In this document: in pieces, positions 31,050-41,829 of the stretch | Layout of the letters: every line of letters begins with the position of its first letter | How positions within the stretch are numbered: the first letter of the stretch is position 1 | DNA from: Naegleria gruberi | Lineage: Eukaryota | Direction: 5' to 3' (one strand) | Assembly: GCA_000004985.1 (NCBI GenBank) | Contig: GG738918.1 | DNA: 64,000 nt | Notes under the pieces: model-generated | Told to the model about the DNA's origin: nothing | Seen by the model: the letters and a program-made list of their open reading frames with translations, nothing else | Database searches by the model: none | Program-made: the position numbers and the translations under genes

Positions 31050-33503
31050 TTATTTAAAGAGTTTTAATACCGTTTTGAATGTTCTTGTTTGATTCTCATT
31101 AAATATTTTGAGGTTTTGTTTCTTTTTCAGCATGTCATTAATAACGTTTGAATCTTTGTAAACTTTGTGAGGTTTTACAACTTCAGTTTGAACTTTGATA
31201 TTTTTCAGTAGATGGTTAGGACGGTTAGGATTGAGGAAACTATAATTTGGAAGAATGTCCTTGGCAGGTAGTGAATTTAATTGATTTTGAGGGAATTTGG
31301 TAAGAGTCATTTTGGTGGTTTCTTGATGTTGGAGGAAGAAGGAATAATCATCCTTATTTGGAACTGCTTCCAATTTTTCTGAAATAGCAGAACGAATCCT
31401 TTTCAATGTATCTTCTTTTAACCAGTTTGAAAGAACATGAATAAAATCTTCACGATGATCAAATAAGTGTTGAACTGGAGAATTTTCAAATACTTGTCTA
31501 ACCTCAGGTATTGGAACAATATACTTGTGTCTATGTGAAATAGATGATGAAATCTAATATTGACAATCTACTTACTTTGCAGAAACACATGAAGATACAC
31601 AAAATTCTAGTGGATTCAAAATGAAATTATCAGAAGCTGGCACATTAATTGTCAAGAATGAATCTGGTTTACCTTCCACTTCCTTCTCACAATATAAAAC
31701 TAATTCATCAATTGATGGAATTGATTTAGGTTTGTAATATTGTGAATATCCCAAATTCTTTCCCTGAATATAACTCATAAACCAGGCACACATCACCAAA
31801 TAATCCTTCACAATTGGTTGATAGGATACTTCTGCAATCTTTTGTTGGAGTTTCCTTATTGAATTTGCATACTTTTCAATTTGTTCCTGATAGAAAAATG
31901 ATAAAAACTCATTAAATTGTTCTCTAGTCTCAAAAAGTCCAGTTTTAACTTTGGCTTCTCTGTGAAGTTCTCCATAATCAAAATTTAAGAAAATATTCTT
32001 GAATGCATTATTGAAAGCATCCTTCTTTGATTTACCTCTTGCTGTTGTAATGTAGGATTCTCCAATTTTGACCACGACTTGGAAATGTGGTTTTGGTTCT
32101 GCATCAATAATTTCATATTCCTCACATAGAAATTCTCTCTTTCCAAGATTTAATAAGGTAATAAGAAATACCATTGCTTCCTTTGTTGGAATATTATCAA
32201 TGTTAATCTTTGGAAATCCATTTTCCATTTCAGCTTTCTTCTTTGAATTGGATGTTTCAGTATCTTCATTTTCACCTTGCTTGAAATCCTTAATATAATC
32301 AGAATATAATGAAGATAGGAACTTGACATTGATTTTCATTTCACTTGGCTGTTTCAAATCATAATGTATTAAATACTCTCTATTTTCTGAATACTTTTGG
32401 TGAGCAATATATCTATCCATAAATAATTTAATATCAAATCTTCTCGGTTTAGAAATATAATCATTTCCACATAGAATAAATAAAAAGGTCATATCTGTAA
32501 TAATTCTCGATAAATCTTCATCTGATTTAGTTCTACATCGACGAGCAATTTGTTCCTTTAGTTTGGTAACATCATATAATTGATAAAAACCAGGCATATC
32601 TTTCACAAGAGTAATATGTCTATTGCGTGGTAAATTGAGAGCATATAAAACAAAATCTGAATCTCCAGAAACAATCAAATCTCTCTTCTCCTCCTTTTTG
32701 TGATTGTTTTTCTCTGATGAATAAATATGTTCAAGGATTTTAAACTCTCCCTCACCTTCTCTCCCAGCAGGTGAATGATAGAATGCAAGATTATTATTAA
32801 AAGTAGGATTTGTTAGCACCAATGCACCCAATTGCCAAATAACTAGTGAAACTTCTTGCATTAAATTTGTTCCTGGAACAAACCAAACAGAACTAATTGC
32901 CTTCTTTTCATTTCTTTCATTAATTACATTTTTCTGAATGAGTTTCAGGTAAATCTTTTGCACTTCAGTGAGAACAATCTCTTCATCCATATCTGATAAA
33001 TTAATAAATGAAACAAACGTATTTCCAGTATTTGTCATTGCACTATTCAAATATCTTCTAACTTTTTGTGTAATTAATTTACTTCTAGGTGCAGGACCAT
33101 CCACAGAAAAGAATAAACTTTCTCTAGCATCAAAATGATTCAAATATCTCATTACTCCCTCCAAAACAACAGAATGAAAAACCATTCTAGTATCTTGTGG
33201 AATTTCTTCATCTTCTCCTTCTATCTTTGTACCATTATCCTTTTCTGTTGTTGAATCTTGTTCCAAAATTGATTCCTTTCCTTGATTCATTACATTTTGA
33301 TGGTATTTCATCCTATTCATTATCTTTCTAGAACCATGTGTTGATTTATACAGCAGAGTATTAAAATCAAAATAAATATTATCATAAACATCCTCTGGTT
33401 TAATTGAATTATTCCTCCTCGTATTATTTAATTCATCTTTTGTGATGATGAAAGATTCTCCGAAGAGAATTGATAAAGTTTTGTAGAATGAATTAATTCC
33501 CAT
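31050..33503 (-). CDS. XRN-family 5'-3' exonuclease-like protein with a C-terminal dsRNA-binding motif; exons 31576..33503 and 31050..31530
   Basis: N-terminus MGINSFYKTL...YDNIYFDFNTLLYKSTH and FSVDGPAPRSKLITQKVRRY parallel XRN MGVP.FFRWL...FDNLYLDMNGIIH and AIDGVAPRAKMNQQRSRRF. A 45-nt GTAAGT..ATAG intron (31531..31575) is in frame. Near the C-terminus PKPHFQVVVKIGESYITTARGKSKKDAFNNAFKNIF has the dsRBD signature (..G.G.SKK.A...AA). Confidence 0.6.
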
Positions 33504-33715
33504 TGTTGTTTGTTTTTCAAAAATTTATTCTCAAAAGATTCAAATTGTTTCTACAGTAGAATCGGAAATTGATTGGATTTTAAAAACAATCAATTTCTTC
33601 AATGTGTTTGAATTAAAACAATTTTTTTTAAAATTTAAAATTTTACAAATTAATTTAATAAATACAGAGTGTGGTGTGATTGTTGTACAGCAAAGAAATA
33701 TAATGGTGTGTTAAA

Positions 33716-35071
33716 TTAATCGTTGAATTGAACAATAATATTAACACCACGATCGGCAATAACTTCAGTATCAGTAGCATAAAGTTCAGTTCCTGTATGG
33801 AATAATTCCTTGACCTTCTTCTTCAAGTTTGGTTCAGTCATTTGTCTGAGAGTTGCAGGTTTAGTCAAATACAAAGTTTGGTCACTAGTCAAATTACGTA
33901 ATGAAGCATTGTTGAATTGAATTGACTTGTCGGTTCTCAAAATATCTCTAAATTCATCCAAAGTAATATCTGATGAACAAGTAATTGTCTTTGAAACACC
34001 AGCAGGACCACATTGCAAACAATCTGGCTTTCTTTCATTCTTATAAGTGAATGTATAAATACCTTCACTTCCGTTAAACATCATGTAATCATCCAAGAAT
34101 GGAGTACAGAAAGTAGCCAATTTGAATGCTTCATTTGTACATGATGAAGCAATAATAGCATTGGTGGAGGCAATAGCAGGAATGATACCCTTGATGACAC
34201 CTTGTGTTAAACGGAATGTAACACCAGCAATACCAAAGTTCTTGGCACGTTCCAAAGACTTTTCATAGATCCATTGAACGTGTCTTGGATTATCACCATC
34301 AACTTGTTCATCATCAGGAATACCTTCCTTTCCTTTACAATTACGCCATTCTTCAATATAACAATATTGAATACAATGTTCAGGAAGACGTGGAGTTGTC
34401 TTTAAAGTACACATTGGATAATTTGTTTCATCAGTAGGGAATAAATCCAAAGTACATTCATAACAAGATGTAACACCTGGCAAGATAACTCTAGATTGTC
34501 CTTTAAAGCCTTCAGTACCACCATCAACCAAGGAAATCATGGAACTCATATCAACTTCAGTCTTTTCATCATCAACATATTGAATCAAAGAGAGGAGAGT
34601 ACTATTGATCCAACGACGAGCTGGAATAGAATCCAAACCAGCAATAATAATTCCAAATGATCTATAGAAATCAACAGACTTTTCTTGGATTGCACAAATG
34701 TGTGCTGTAACTTTAACACCTGGCACTCTTTCATTGACAAATCGAGCAGCAACTTCAGCCTTCATCTTACCAACATCACCATCACGGAACAAAAATTGTC
34801 TATTCAAATTACTTGTACTGATGGTATCCATATCAATGATATCAATATTACGGAAGCCACTCATTGCCAAATTCTTCACCAAATCGCAACCAAGACCACC
34901 AGCTCCAATAATTAAAACTTTGCAAGAATCTTGTAAAAATTGTTTAGTTTCATCACCAGCTTGGAAATCTGCTGGAGCAAATGGACCTGATCTCTTCAAA
35001 ATATAATCAAGATCTTTCCATCTTTCTGCTTCAATTTCAGGAGGGAATGATGTATCTACAACGCTGGCCAT
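33716..35071 (-). CDS. UBA3: NEDD8-activating enzyme E1 catalytic subunit (UBA3)
   Basis: ATG at 35071 (MASVVD). VLIIGAGGLGCDLVKNLAMSGF..IDMDTISTSNLNRQFLF (ThiF/MoeB nucleotide-binding), PMCTLKTTPRLPEHCIQY (catalytic Cys region), LIDGGTEGFKGQSRVILPG. Collinear with human UBA3 along the full length. Confidence 0.85.
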   Translation of the reverse strand: MASVVDTSFPPEIEAERWKDLDYILKRSGPFAPADFQAGDETKQFLQDSCKVLIIGAGGLGCDLVKNLAMSGFRNIDIIDMDTISTSNLNRQFLFRDGDVGKMKAEVAARFVNERVPGVKVTAHICAIQEKSVDFYRSFGIIIAGLDSIPARRWINSTLLSLIQYVDDEKTEVDMSSMISLVDGGTEGFKGQSRVILPGVTSCYECTLDLFPTDETNYPMCTLKTTPRLPEHCIQYCYIEEWRNCKGKEGIPDDEQVDGDNPRHVQWIYEKSLERAKNFGIAGVTFRLTQGVIKGIIPAIASTNAIIASSCTNEAFKLATFCTPFLDDYMMFNGSEGIYTFTYKNERKPDCLQCGPAGVSKTITCSSDITLDEFRDILRTDKSIQFNNASLRNLTSDQTLYLTKPATLRQMTEPNLKKKVKELFHTGTELYATDTEVIADRGVNIIVQFND

Positions 35072-35353
35072 TTTTTTTCTATGTATTGAATTGATCAAAC
35101 TTGCAGAGAACTTGAGTTTATTTTTAAATCCAAAGTTGCTGCTTTGAAAGGCTTGGGATGAACTCAACAACATTGAGAAATATTGTTGAACACAAGTGAA
35201 ACAATTTACAATGAATGATAGAGAGAGTTGGGGTTTTGAATTTGAATTTGTAATGGTGTGAATTTTTAAAAGAGATGATCAACTTTTGAAGTTATTGCCA
35301 ACAACATATTGTAGTTTTCCAGAAACCATGACATAAATTTTTTCACCTCAACA

Positions 35354-35377
35354 CCGATCATTTTTCCATCTCATCCA
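35354..35377. repeat. short direct repeat with ATCGAT/TGATCA palindromic cores, copy 1
   Basis: cgatcatttttccatctcatccat. A related copy at 36463..36486 (cgatcattttccatctcgatcaat). Further catccat / atcgatca / tgatcaatc motifs cluster at 35341..35460 and 36395..36495. Confidence 0.5.
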
Positions 35378-36462
35378 TGTTGATCGATTAAAATCCATCT
35401 ATTCAATCTGTTTTTTGATCAATCTATCAAACAATCGATCATGATTAATCAACAATTTCAATCATATTGAATAAAGACTTGATGTTATTTGAAAAGGCTC
35501 AATTTTCAACTAATTATCAAAAGATGTTGTTTGATTTCTTGTGATGTTTCAAAATAAAGAACTTTAAAACACAAAAAGTTGTTTTTCCAAGTTGCTTAAA
35601 ATCATGTTAGAAGCCAATCTCCTCCGATGTGGCATTTGAATATAAATTTCTTATAATCCTTTCTGAGCTCAATGACAGAGGGTTGCTCCCTTTTTCCAAG
35701 AATATGTCAAGTGCTCACTCTTGATTTTAATTTGGGATATGGATATTGCAATATTACATAAGAGTGTTGGTTCTTGGTTAATGATTGCTTACACAAGTTT
35801 GGACGTTGTTGCTCCTGAACATGTGGTTTTGTTCAAAGAACACCTTATCAAATTTGCTTTCATTCTCTCCCTTTGTCATTAATTAAGGCAGTGAATACTG
35901 GAAACCTTTTTTCAAGTGTTGTATTTATCATGTCAAGTTCTTGAGAAACTCGATTGATGTAGTAGAAGATCCACTAGTAATTCAGTAAGATACAAATCTA
36001 TCTAAGTTGTAACCCAGCATTTCTTCGAAAATGTCGAATTCATTGTAAAGAAATTAAAACATTCAAACTTAATGAATCGTTCACGATACCACCCCCACTT
36101 GATATGGAATTAAGTAATACCAATAAGGTGATTTTCAAGACACTCTATACTGACATCCAACCAAGGGTTGATTTAAAATGAAAAAAGGAGCAATTTGGAG
36201 AAGCCATTTCCAAGCTTAGTGATATAATTTAATTAAGGGAGAATGAAATCTGTGACTCTAAAAATAATTGAAAAACCAAAAAACAACTCTCAAAAAGGCA
36301 AGAAAAAAATCAAACCTGAACTGGAAGAACAAAAGAAATCATCAAAATCAAAGTCTCAAGCTCAGTTCAATGAGGATTTCGAGATATCTGATGAAAACAT
36401 TGATAGATCGATCGATTGATCGATCAATTAATTGATAAAATTCTATGTTTCATCCATTCAAT

Positions 36463-36486
36463 CGATCATTTTCCATCTCGATCAAT
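36463..36486. repeat. short direct repeat with ATCGAT/TGATCA palindromic cores, copy 2
   Basis: See copy 1. Lies in the leader of the 36550 gene within gatcgatcgattgatcgatcaattaattgat. Confidence 0.5.
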
Positions 36487-36549
36487 CATCGATGGGTAAA
36501 AAAAATCCATCTAAAAATTTATGTCATGGTTTCTCCAAGATCAAAAAAA

Positions 36550-38961
36550 ATGCCAAGATCATCCACTCCAACCAAAAGGAAAACCATTCAACAGCCATTA
36601 ATATTTCAACCCACTTTGAAGAAAACTAAATCATCCGAAACAACGTTGAATTCTCCTATTACTATTAGTGATGATGGTGAGAATGAGGATTTATTGTTAT
36701 CAGCTGATGGAGATCAAGCACATGATGATGATATTGAAATATCAACAGAGACTGTTTCGGATTCATCAAGCAAATATTCAATTATTAGAACACCTATTAA
36801 TGATTCATCGACAGTGGATGAATTGGGATTGGAAAGTGTTGAAGCTCATGAACTTCAACAATATTTCAATGCTGAGAAATATTTAGCTAAAGAAAAAGGT
36901 AAATGTAAAAAGATTTATTGCATAGATAGAGGATCTTCATTTACAAAGGGTAACAAGTTTGATATTTTAGAAAAGAGAGTCAAACCAACTATATTAAAAT
37001 TTGGACATAAGGAAAAGACACAATTTTTACCTTCTCAAACATTTTACAATTTACAAAAAGGTCAAGTGAAGATGGGTAAATTTGAGGTTAGTAATGAATG
37101 GGAAGAATTGGAAAATTTGAAAAAGATATTCATGGTGAGTGAGTTATTGGAAATTGGATTAAAATCTGAGAAGAAGAAACTTAGAGTATCTCACATTATT
37201 TATTTAATGATTAGAGATTTAATATCTCAATTATTAACAACTAAAAAACAAGATTCTAATTATTTGGAAGGTATTGGTGCATGGATATTTACATGTCCAT
37301 CAGGAACAAGTGTATTTACTAAATTAATATTTAGAAATTGTATATTTAAAGCATATAATAGTTTAAACATTAATGAAAATAATCCATTACAAATAGATGA
37401 CATATATGTTATTGAGGAATGTACATTATTGAAATATTTTGCCAACAATCAAGAAAAAACATCTACAATGTTTGTTGATTTGGGTCATTTAACACTTGAT
37501 GTCGTTGTGATGGATTTAATTGATGGTGAATATATTGTAACATTTAAAAATGGTGAATCTAGTGGAATGTCACTCATACATCAATTATTAAAAGATAATG
37601 GATTAGATTCAATTAAGGAAATGGAAAATTTATTTGATAATTATCATGATTCTAATGAATTACCACCATCTTTATTACCTCTTAAAAATCAAATTGATGA
37701 AACATTGAAAACTATTACAAAACCTCTATGTATGATGATATTACAAAAGCAAGTAGATTCTATTCACTTTTCAGGTGCTATTACACGAGTTGCTTATTTT
37801 CAAAGAAAATTACAAGAAAATATTAGTTATGTACGTTTACAAAATATTAAGAATGAGCTACTTCCATATTTAAAAGAAGAATTCAAGAATAGAGATATAC
37901 CTATTATTGAATTTTTATGTGAAACTACAGGTGAAAGTGCTTTACTATCAGGTGCAGAAGAAATGATTAATTGTTCTTTAATGAAAATTTCACAAAATGA
38001 ACTCGATTGTAATGTTCCAATTATATTTAAGGAGAAATCTATTAGTGAACAAGTACTTAGTGAACCCTCAATATCATCAATACCAGAAATGAATGAACAA
38101 ACACTACCAACTACTATTGATTGTTTATTATCATCTATTAGTTATAATGACAGTAATAATATTGAGCAGTATGTACCTGCCATGCTATTTGACCATTGCA
38201 ATAGTGGAAGGGTCGAAAAAAAAATGTTATTGGGAAATGTTTTACTAGACATGAATATTAAACAAGATACTGAAATATTTTTAATCAAGTTTAGTCCACT
38301 CATTGATACTAAATTAATATCAACTATTGATTATGAAAATTTTGAAAAAGTGGGAATTATTGAATTCATTAGATTTACCAATTTAATCATTTGTTTTGAT
38401 TGTAATCACATTAAAACTACTACCAATTTACACTTTTATATGAAGTTGGATTTGGAAGATGATTTCTTATTAGTTAGAATTTATTATACTAAAGGTAAAT
38501 CCTTTTTTAAAACTATTACACGAATTGAAAGAAAAGGAAGAAATGAAAGAATTTCCATTAATGATTCTGCTCAACTAATTTTTAAAACAAAAGAAGATGA
38601 AGTAAGAACATGGTATGGTGTATATTATGATACTTTGAGTATTGTATCCAGTTTTTCAAGTATTTCCATTAAATATGCAGAATTAGAAAACGAAATTGGA
38701 GTTGAAAAAGCAAAGGGATTACATGTTGGTAGCAAGCAGCTATCTATTCCAAGTATTGGATCAAAAGATAAGGAATTTGTAAGAAAACACCTTTCTAAAT
38801 GTTCTGTTTGTCAATGCGAAATTAAGAAGGTGCATGCTTGTATTTCTTATAACAAACTACCAATATTTAGAAAAGTATTTGATGATAATTCCATTAATCT
38901 TGGAAATTGTTGTAGTCCTTGTTATAGAATCTATAATGATTTAAAAAAGGAAGAAAAATAG
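36550..38961 (+). CDS. hypothetical large protein with a basic N-terminus and a C-terminal Cys-rich zinc-ribbon-like tail
   Basis: ATG at 36550 in aaaaaaaaATG context. The ORF track's upstream start at 36445 lies inside a repeat-rich leader. C-terminus CSVCQCEIKKVHAC...CCSPCYRIY. Confidence 0.45.
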   Translation: MPRSSTPTKRKTIQQPLIFQPTLKKTKSSETTLNSPITISDDGENEDLLLSADGDQAHDDDIEISTETVSDSSSKYSIIRTPINDSSTVDELGLESVEAHELQQYFNAEKYLAKEKGKCKKIYCIDRGSSFTKGNKFDILEKRVKPTILKFGHKEKTQFLPSQTFYNLQKGQVKMGKFEVSNEWEELENLKKIFMVSELLEIGLKSEKKKLRVSHIIYLMIRDLISQLLTTKKQDSNYLEGIGAWIFTCPSGTSVFTKLIFRNCIFKAYNSLNINENNPLQIDDIYVIEECTLLKYFANNQEKTSTMFVDLGHLTLDVVVMDLIDGEYIVTFKNGESSGMSLIHQLLKDNGLDSIKEMENLFDNYHDSNELPPSLLPLKNQIDETLKTITKPLCMMILQKQVDSIHFSGAITRVAYFQRKLQENISYVRLQNIKNELLPYLKEEFKNRDIPIIEFLCETTGESALLSGAEEMINCSLMKISQNELDCNVPIIFKEKSISEQVLSEPSISSIPEMNEQTLPTTIDCLLSSISYNDSNNIEQYVPAMLFDHCNSGRVEKKMLLGNVLLDMNIKQDTEIFLIKFSPLIDTKLISTIDYENFEKVGIIEFIRFTNLIICFDCNHIKTTTNLHFYMKLDLEDDFLLVRIYYTKGKSFFKTITRIERKGRNERISINDSAQLIFKTKEDEVRTWYGVYYDTLSIVSSFSSISIKYAELENEIGVEKAKGLHVGSKQLSIPSIGSKDKEFVRKHLSKCSVCQCEIKKVHACISYNKLPIFRKVFDDNSINLGNCCSPCYRIYNDLKKEEK

Positions 38962-39074
38962 TAAATGAATTTATTTCTTTTTCACTTTCTAATAACTTCA
39001 TAGTGTGGATGATTTCAGAATTAAAAATCAATATCAGACTTGGCATTAAGAATGGTTTTGACAAAAAACAATTC

Positions 39075-41525
39075 TCAATTTCCAGACAGGTTGTTAATGT
39101 GATTCTTATAGATAGAGATTAGTTCTAAAACTTGTCTAACTTCTTGGAAGTTGATAGTGTTGTGAGTAGTTGATGGATTTTCACGATTACTAAATGAGAG
39201 ATTTCTCCAATAATTTGCAACATTAACATCTGCACAATTTTGTTCCTTTCTAAACTTTTTCAAATTATAGAAGAGTCCAACAAGATTCCCTCTAAGGTAT
39301 TTCTTTGCAGTCTCATTGAATTGTTTGATATCTTGTTCAATAGATAAAAGTTGCTCATTGTAAAAAATGTTGATGGATTGGCAGAGTTCTATGTATATAT
39401 TTTTGAATTGTGAAAATGGTTTGGTGAAGAGGGGATTGAGATTGTTCACTAAATGATCTTCATTCACTTGATTAGAGAATTTACTTTGCATGATGGATGA
39501 AACTATTCTTGTATCATTATATTTTGATGAGGTCAACTCGTATGGAGGATTTTCTAGAACATACTTGTCCAGTTTTGAGACTAAATAATTGACATTACAC
39601 AATCTGAGAGAGGGAATATTTGAGTGAAGAGATGACTTCAATATAAAACATTTGTATGGTTGTTTGAAATTGACAAACTCTAGTCCTTCATATTCGAGGG
39701 GTGAGAACTTTTCAAAATCATTCACAAAATCCTGAAGGTCCAAAAATCCTATATCTGAATATGATTTAACAAAGTCGTTCCAATTATATTTTGTAGAAAA
39801 ATCAATCCAATTTTCATATTCCATCATAGATTCTAGATTTCTACTCCCACAATAAATAATTCTATTACTATTTTTCTGATAAATGAAGAAAAAGTTCAAC
39901 ATTTGATCTTCATGGGATGGATACTTCATTCCAATTCTTTCAAACAGATTTTCAAATTCCTGTTCAGTTTGACTCATATCAAAATTCTTGAGAATCCATT
40001 TGGAAATCCAATTGTCCTTTTCATCATCAAAGACAAACCTCCACTCACCAGAATAAAAGAAAAGCGAACACCTTATCCCAACTGGCCTTTCTAGAATTTG
40101 AATTGAGCTCATGTCAATATCTGAAAAATAGTCACTACCAACTTTTTCTAGTATGAAATTATAATCCATAGCATAGAATCTAGGAACACATACAGGAGTG
40201 TAAACTATCTTTCCATTATCATCAATATTATAAGATAGTACTGTTCCATTACATTCCAAGTAGGACCTACATTCTAAGAAAAGTTTACACAATTCTAAGG
40301 AAATATATTCCATATCACAATCTATCTTGAATAGTTGAGAACTATTAGGATTAAGATGCTCCTCTTTGGATCTAATAATTGGTGTCACATTCACTGAAAG
40401 TAATCTCATCAAGCTGTATGGACCGTATTTGTAGTGGTGTGAAAAGTCTAGTTCATAATTATGCTCTACAACCATTATTAATTCACTAAACAGTGGATTA
40501 TCCTTTTCAAAGCCTGAAGAATATGTATTCAGGAAGTTTTGAATACCCAATGAACTATTGCTTTCTGAGTTTTTACATTTGAAAAGGGCATCTTTGATAA
40601 TATTCTTCAGATCATCTTTTAATTGTTCCTTCCATGTCTTATAGAGTGCATCACTAATTTGTTTATACTCATTCCAAGAACTAAATGAATCAGTATGAAA
40701 TACAATGCTGTCATAGAGTTTGTTAGTTTCGGTATAATCATATATAATACCTGAATTAACAAATTGATAAGCATATTTCGAGTATCTAATACCATGAGCT
40801 AGGTTTTTCTTCACCTTCTTTAGAGTACTTTTCCTTTCACTTTCATCCTTGCAAAGTTTGTTCTCCAAAACATTCCAAAATCTAAATGCCTTATTAAAGC
40901 AATGATGAAGCTCGTGAAGGAATGAATTTTTAGTTCTAGAAATTCTCAAAAACCACAAACTCCAATGATGCCTCCATAATTTCATCTTTTCATCCTCAAA
41001 CAGAACAAATGATGAATTTGGTTGCAGAACAGATAGCATGAATATTGGCAATTGTAAATAAACATGGTCCACAAAGAATGAAGTTTCCATAATGTGCACT
41101 TCCATATCGTATTCCTTCTCTTCTAATTTACCCTCCTCATCATCACAATTACACTTAATAGAGCTTTTCAATAAATATTGTAAATTATTAGAATATCTCG
41201 TTTCATAATCAATACAATGAGAGTAAAAATCATCAACAATCATTATTAAATCAAAATCAGAATCGTTTACATTGGTTTTTGAAACTCTTGATCCGAACAC
41301 GTAAATTCCTCTAATCGAATCATCACGATATAAAACCTTGTCCTTCAACAAGCCTTCTTCAGAAATTGTAATAAAATTGCGAATATGATAAATTAATTCA
41401 TCACTTGAGAAGGGAAATTTAAATTGATTTTCATGGAAATGATGTGATTGCCAATATTGACTCGGTCCAGTACTCTCTTTATCATAACGGAAATTATTAA
41501 TGGTGCATTTTGGAAATTGTTGCAT
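39075..41525 (-). CDS. large protein with an N-terminal Pol-beta-superfamily nucleotidyltransferase-fold motif (PAP/Cid1/TUTase-like)
   Basis: IYVFGSRVSKTNVNDSDFDLIMIVDD fits hG[GS]x9-13[D]hDh. The remaining ~650 aa are helical with no recognised motif. Confidence 0.4.
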   Translation of the reverse strand: MQQFPKCTINNFRYDKESTGPSQYWQSHHFHENQFKFPFSSDELIYHIRNFITISEEGLLKDKVLYRDDSIRGIYVFGSRVSKTNVNDSDFDLIMIVDDFYSHCIDYETRYSNNLQYLLKSSIKCNCDDEEGKLEEKEYDMEVHIMETSFFVDHVYLQLPIFMLSVLQPNSSFVLFEDEKMKLWRHHWSLWFLRISRTKNSFLHELHHCFNKAFRFWNVLENKLCKDESERKSTLKKVKKNLAHGIRYSKYAYQFVNSGIIYDYTETNKLYDSIVFHTDSFSSWNEYKQISDALYKTWKEQLKDDLKNIIKDALFKCKNSESNSSLGIQNFLNTYSSGFEKDNPLFSELIMVVEHNYELDFSHHYKYGPYSLMRLLSVNVTPIIRSKEEHLNPNSSQLFKIDCDMEYISLELCKLFLECRSYLECNGTVLSYNIDDNGKIVYTPVCVPRFYAMDYNFILEKVGSDYFSDIDMSSIQILERPVGIRCSLFFYSGEWRFVFDDEKDNWISKWILKNFDMSQTEQEFENLFERIGMKYPSHEDQMLNFFFIYQKNSNRIIYCGSRNLESMMEYENWIDFSTKYNWNDFVKSYSDIGFLDLQDFVNDFEKFSPLEYEGLEFVNFKQPYKCFILKSSLHSNIPSLRLCNVNYLVSKLDKYVLENPPYELTSSKYNDTRIVSSIMQSKFSNQVNEDHLVNNLNPLFTKPFSQFKNIYIELCQSINIFYNEQLLSIEQDIKQFNETAKKYLRGNLVGLFYNLKKFRKEQNCADVNVANYWRNLSFSNRENPSTTHNTINFQEVRQVLELISIYKNHINNLSGN

Positions 41526-41829
41526 TTTTTTTTAATAATTAATTTCAATATTTTATTTAAGGAAAGATTACAACAAGTATTATACGATATTATTTAGAGA
41601 TGATAATTATTCTGTAAGGAATATTTAGGGGAGTGTTTTCAATAGTGAATTTTTCTTTTTAGAGGCGGAAATTAAAGACTTGAAAAATGGCGGGAAAACT
41701 ATTAAGGATTAGTTTTTGTGCAAATTATCCAAAAATAAGAAATGATTGACAAATTACTTCGATATTTATCATGTGATCTATATCTTAGCTAGCTGTATCT
41801 CTCACAGGATATCATCTCTCGACCCGTCA

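Noticed and set aside
36445-36549. Upstream extension of the 838-aa ORF (MFHPFNRSFSISINHRW...)
   Set aside because: It lies inside the ATCGAT-repeat leader with a poor ATG context. The ATG at 36550 has the A-run context typical of real starts here. Left open as a possibility in the feature note.
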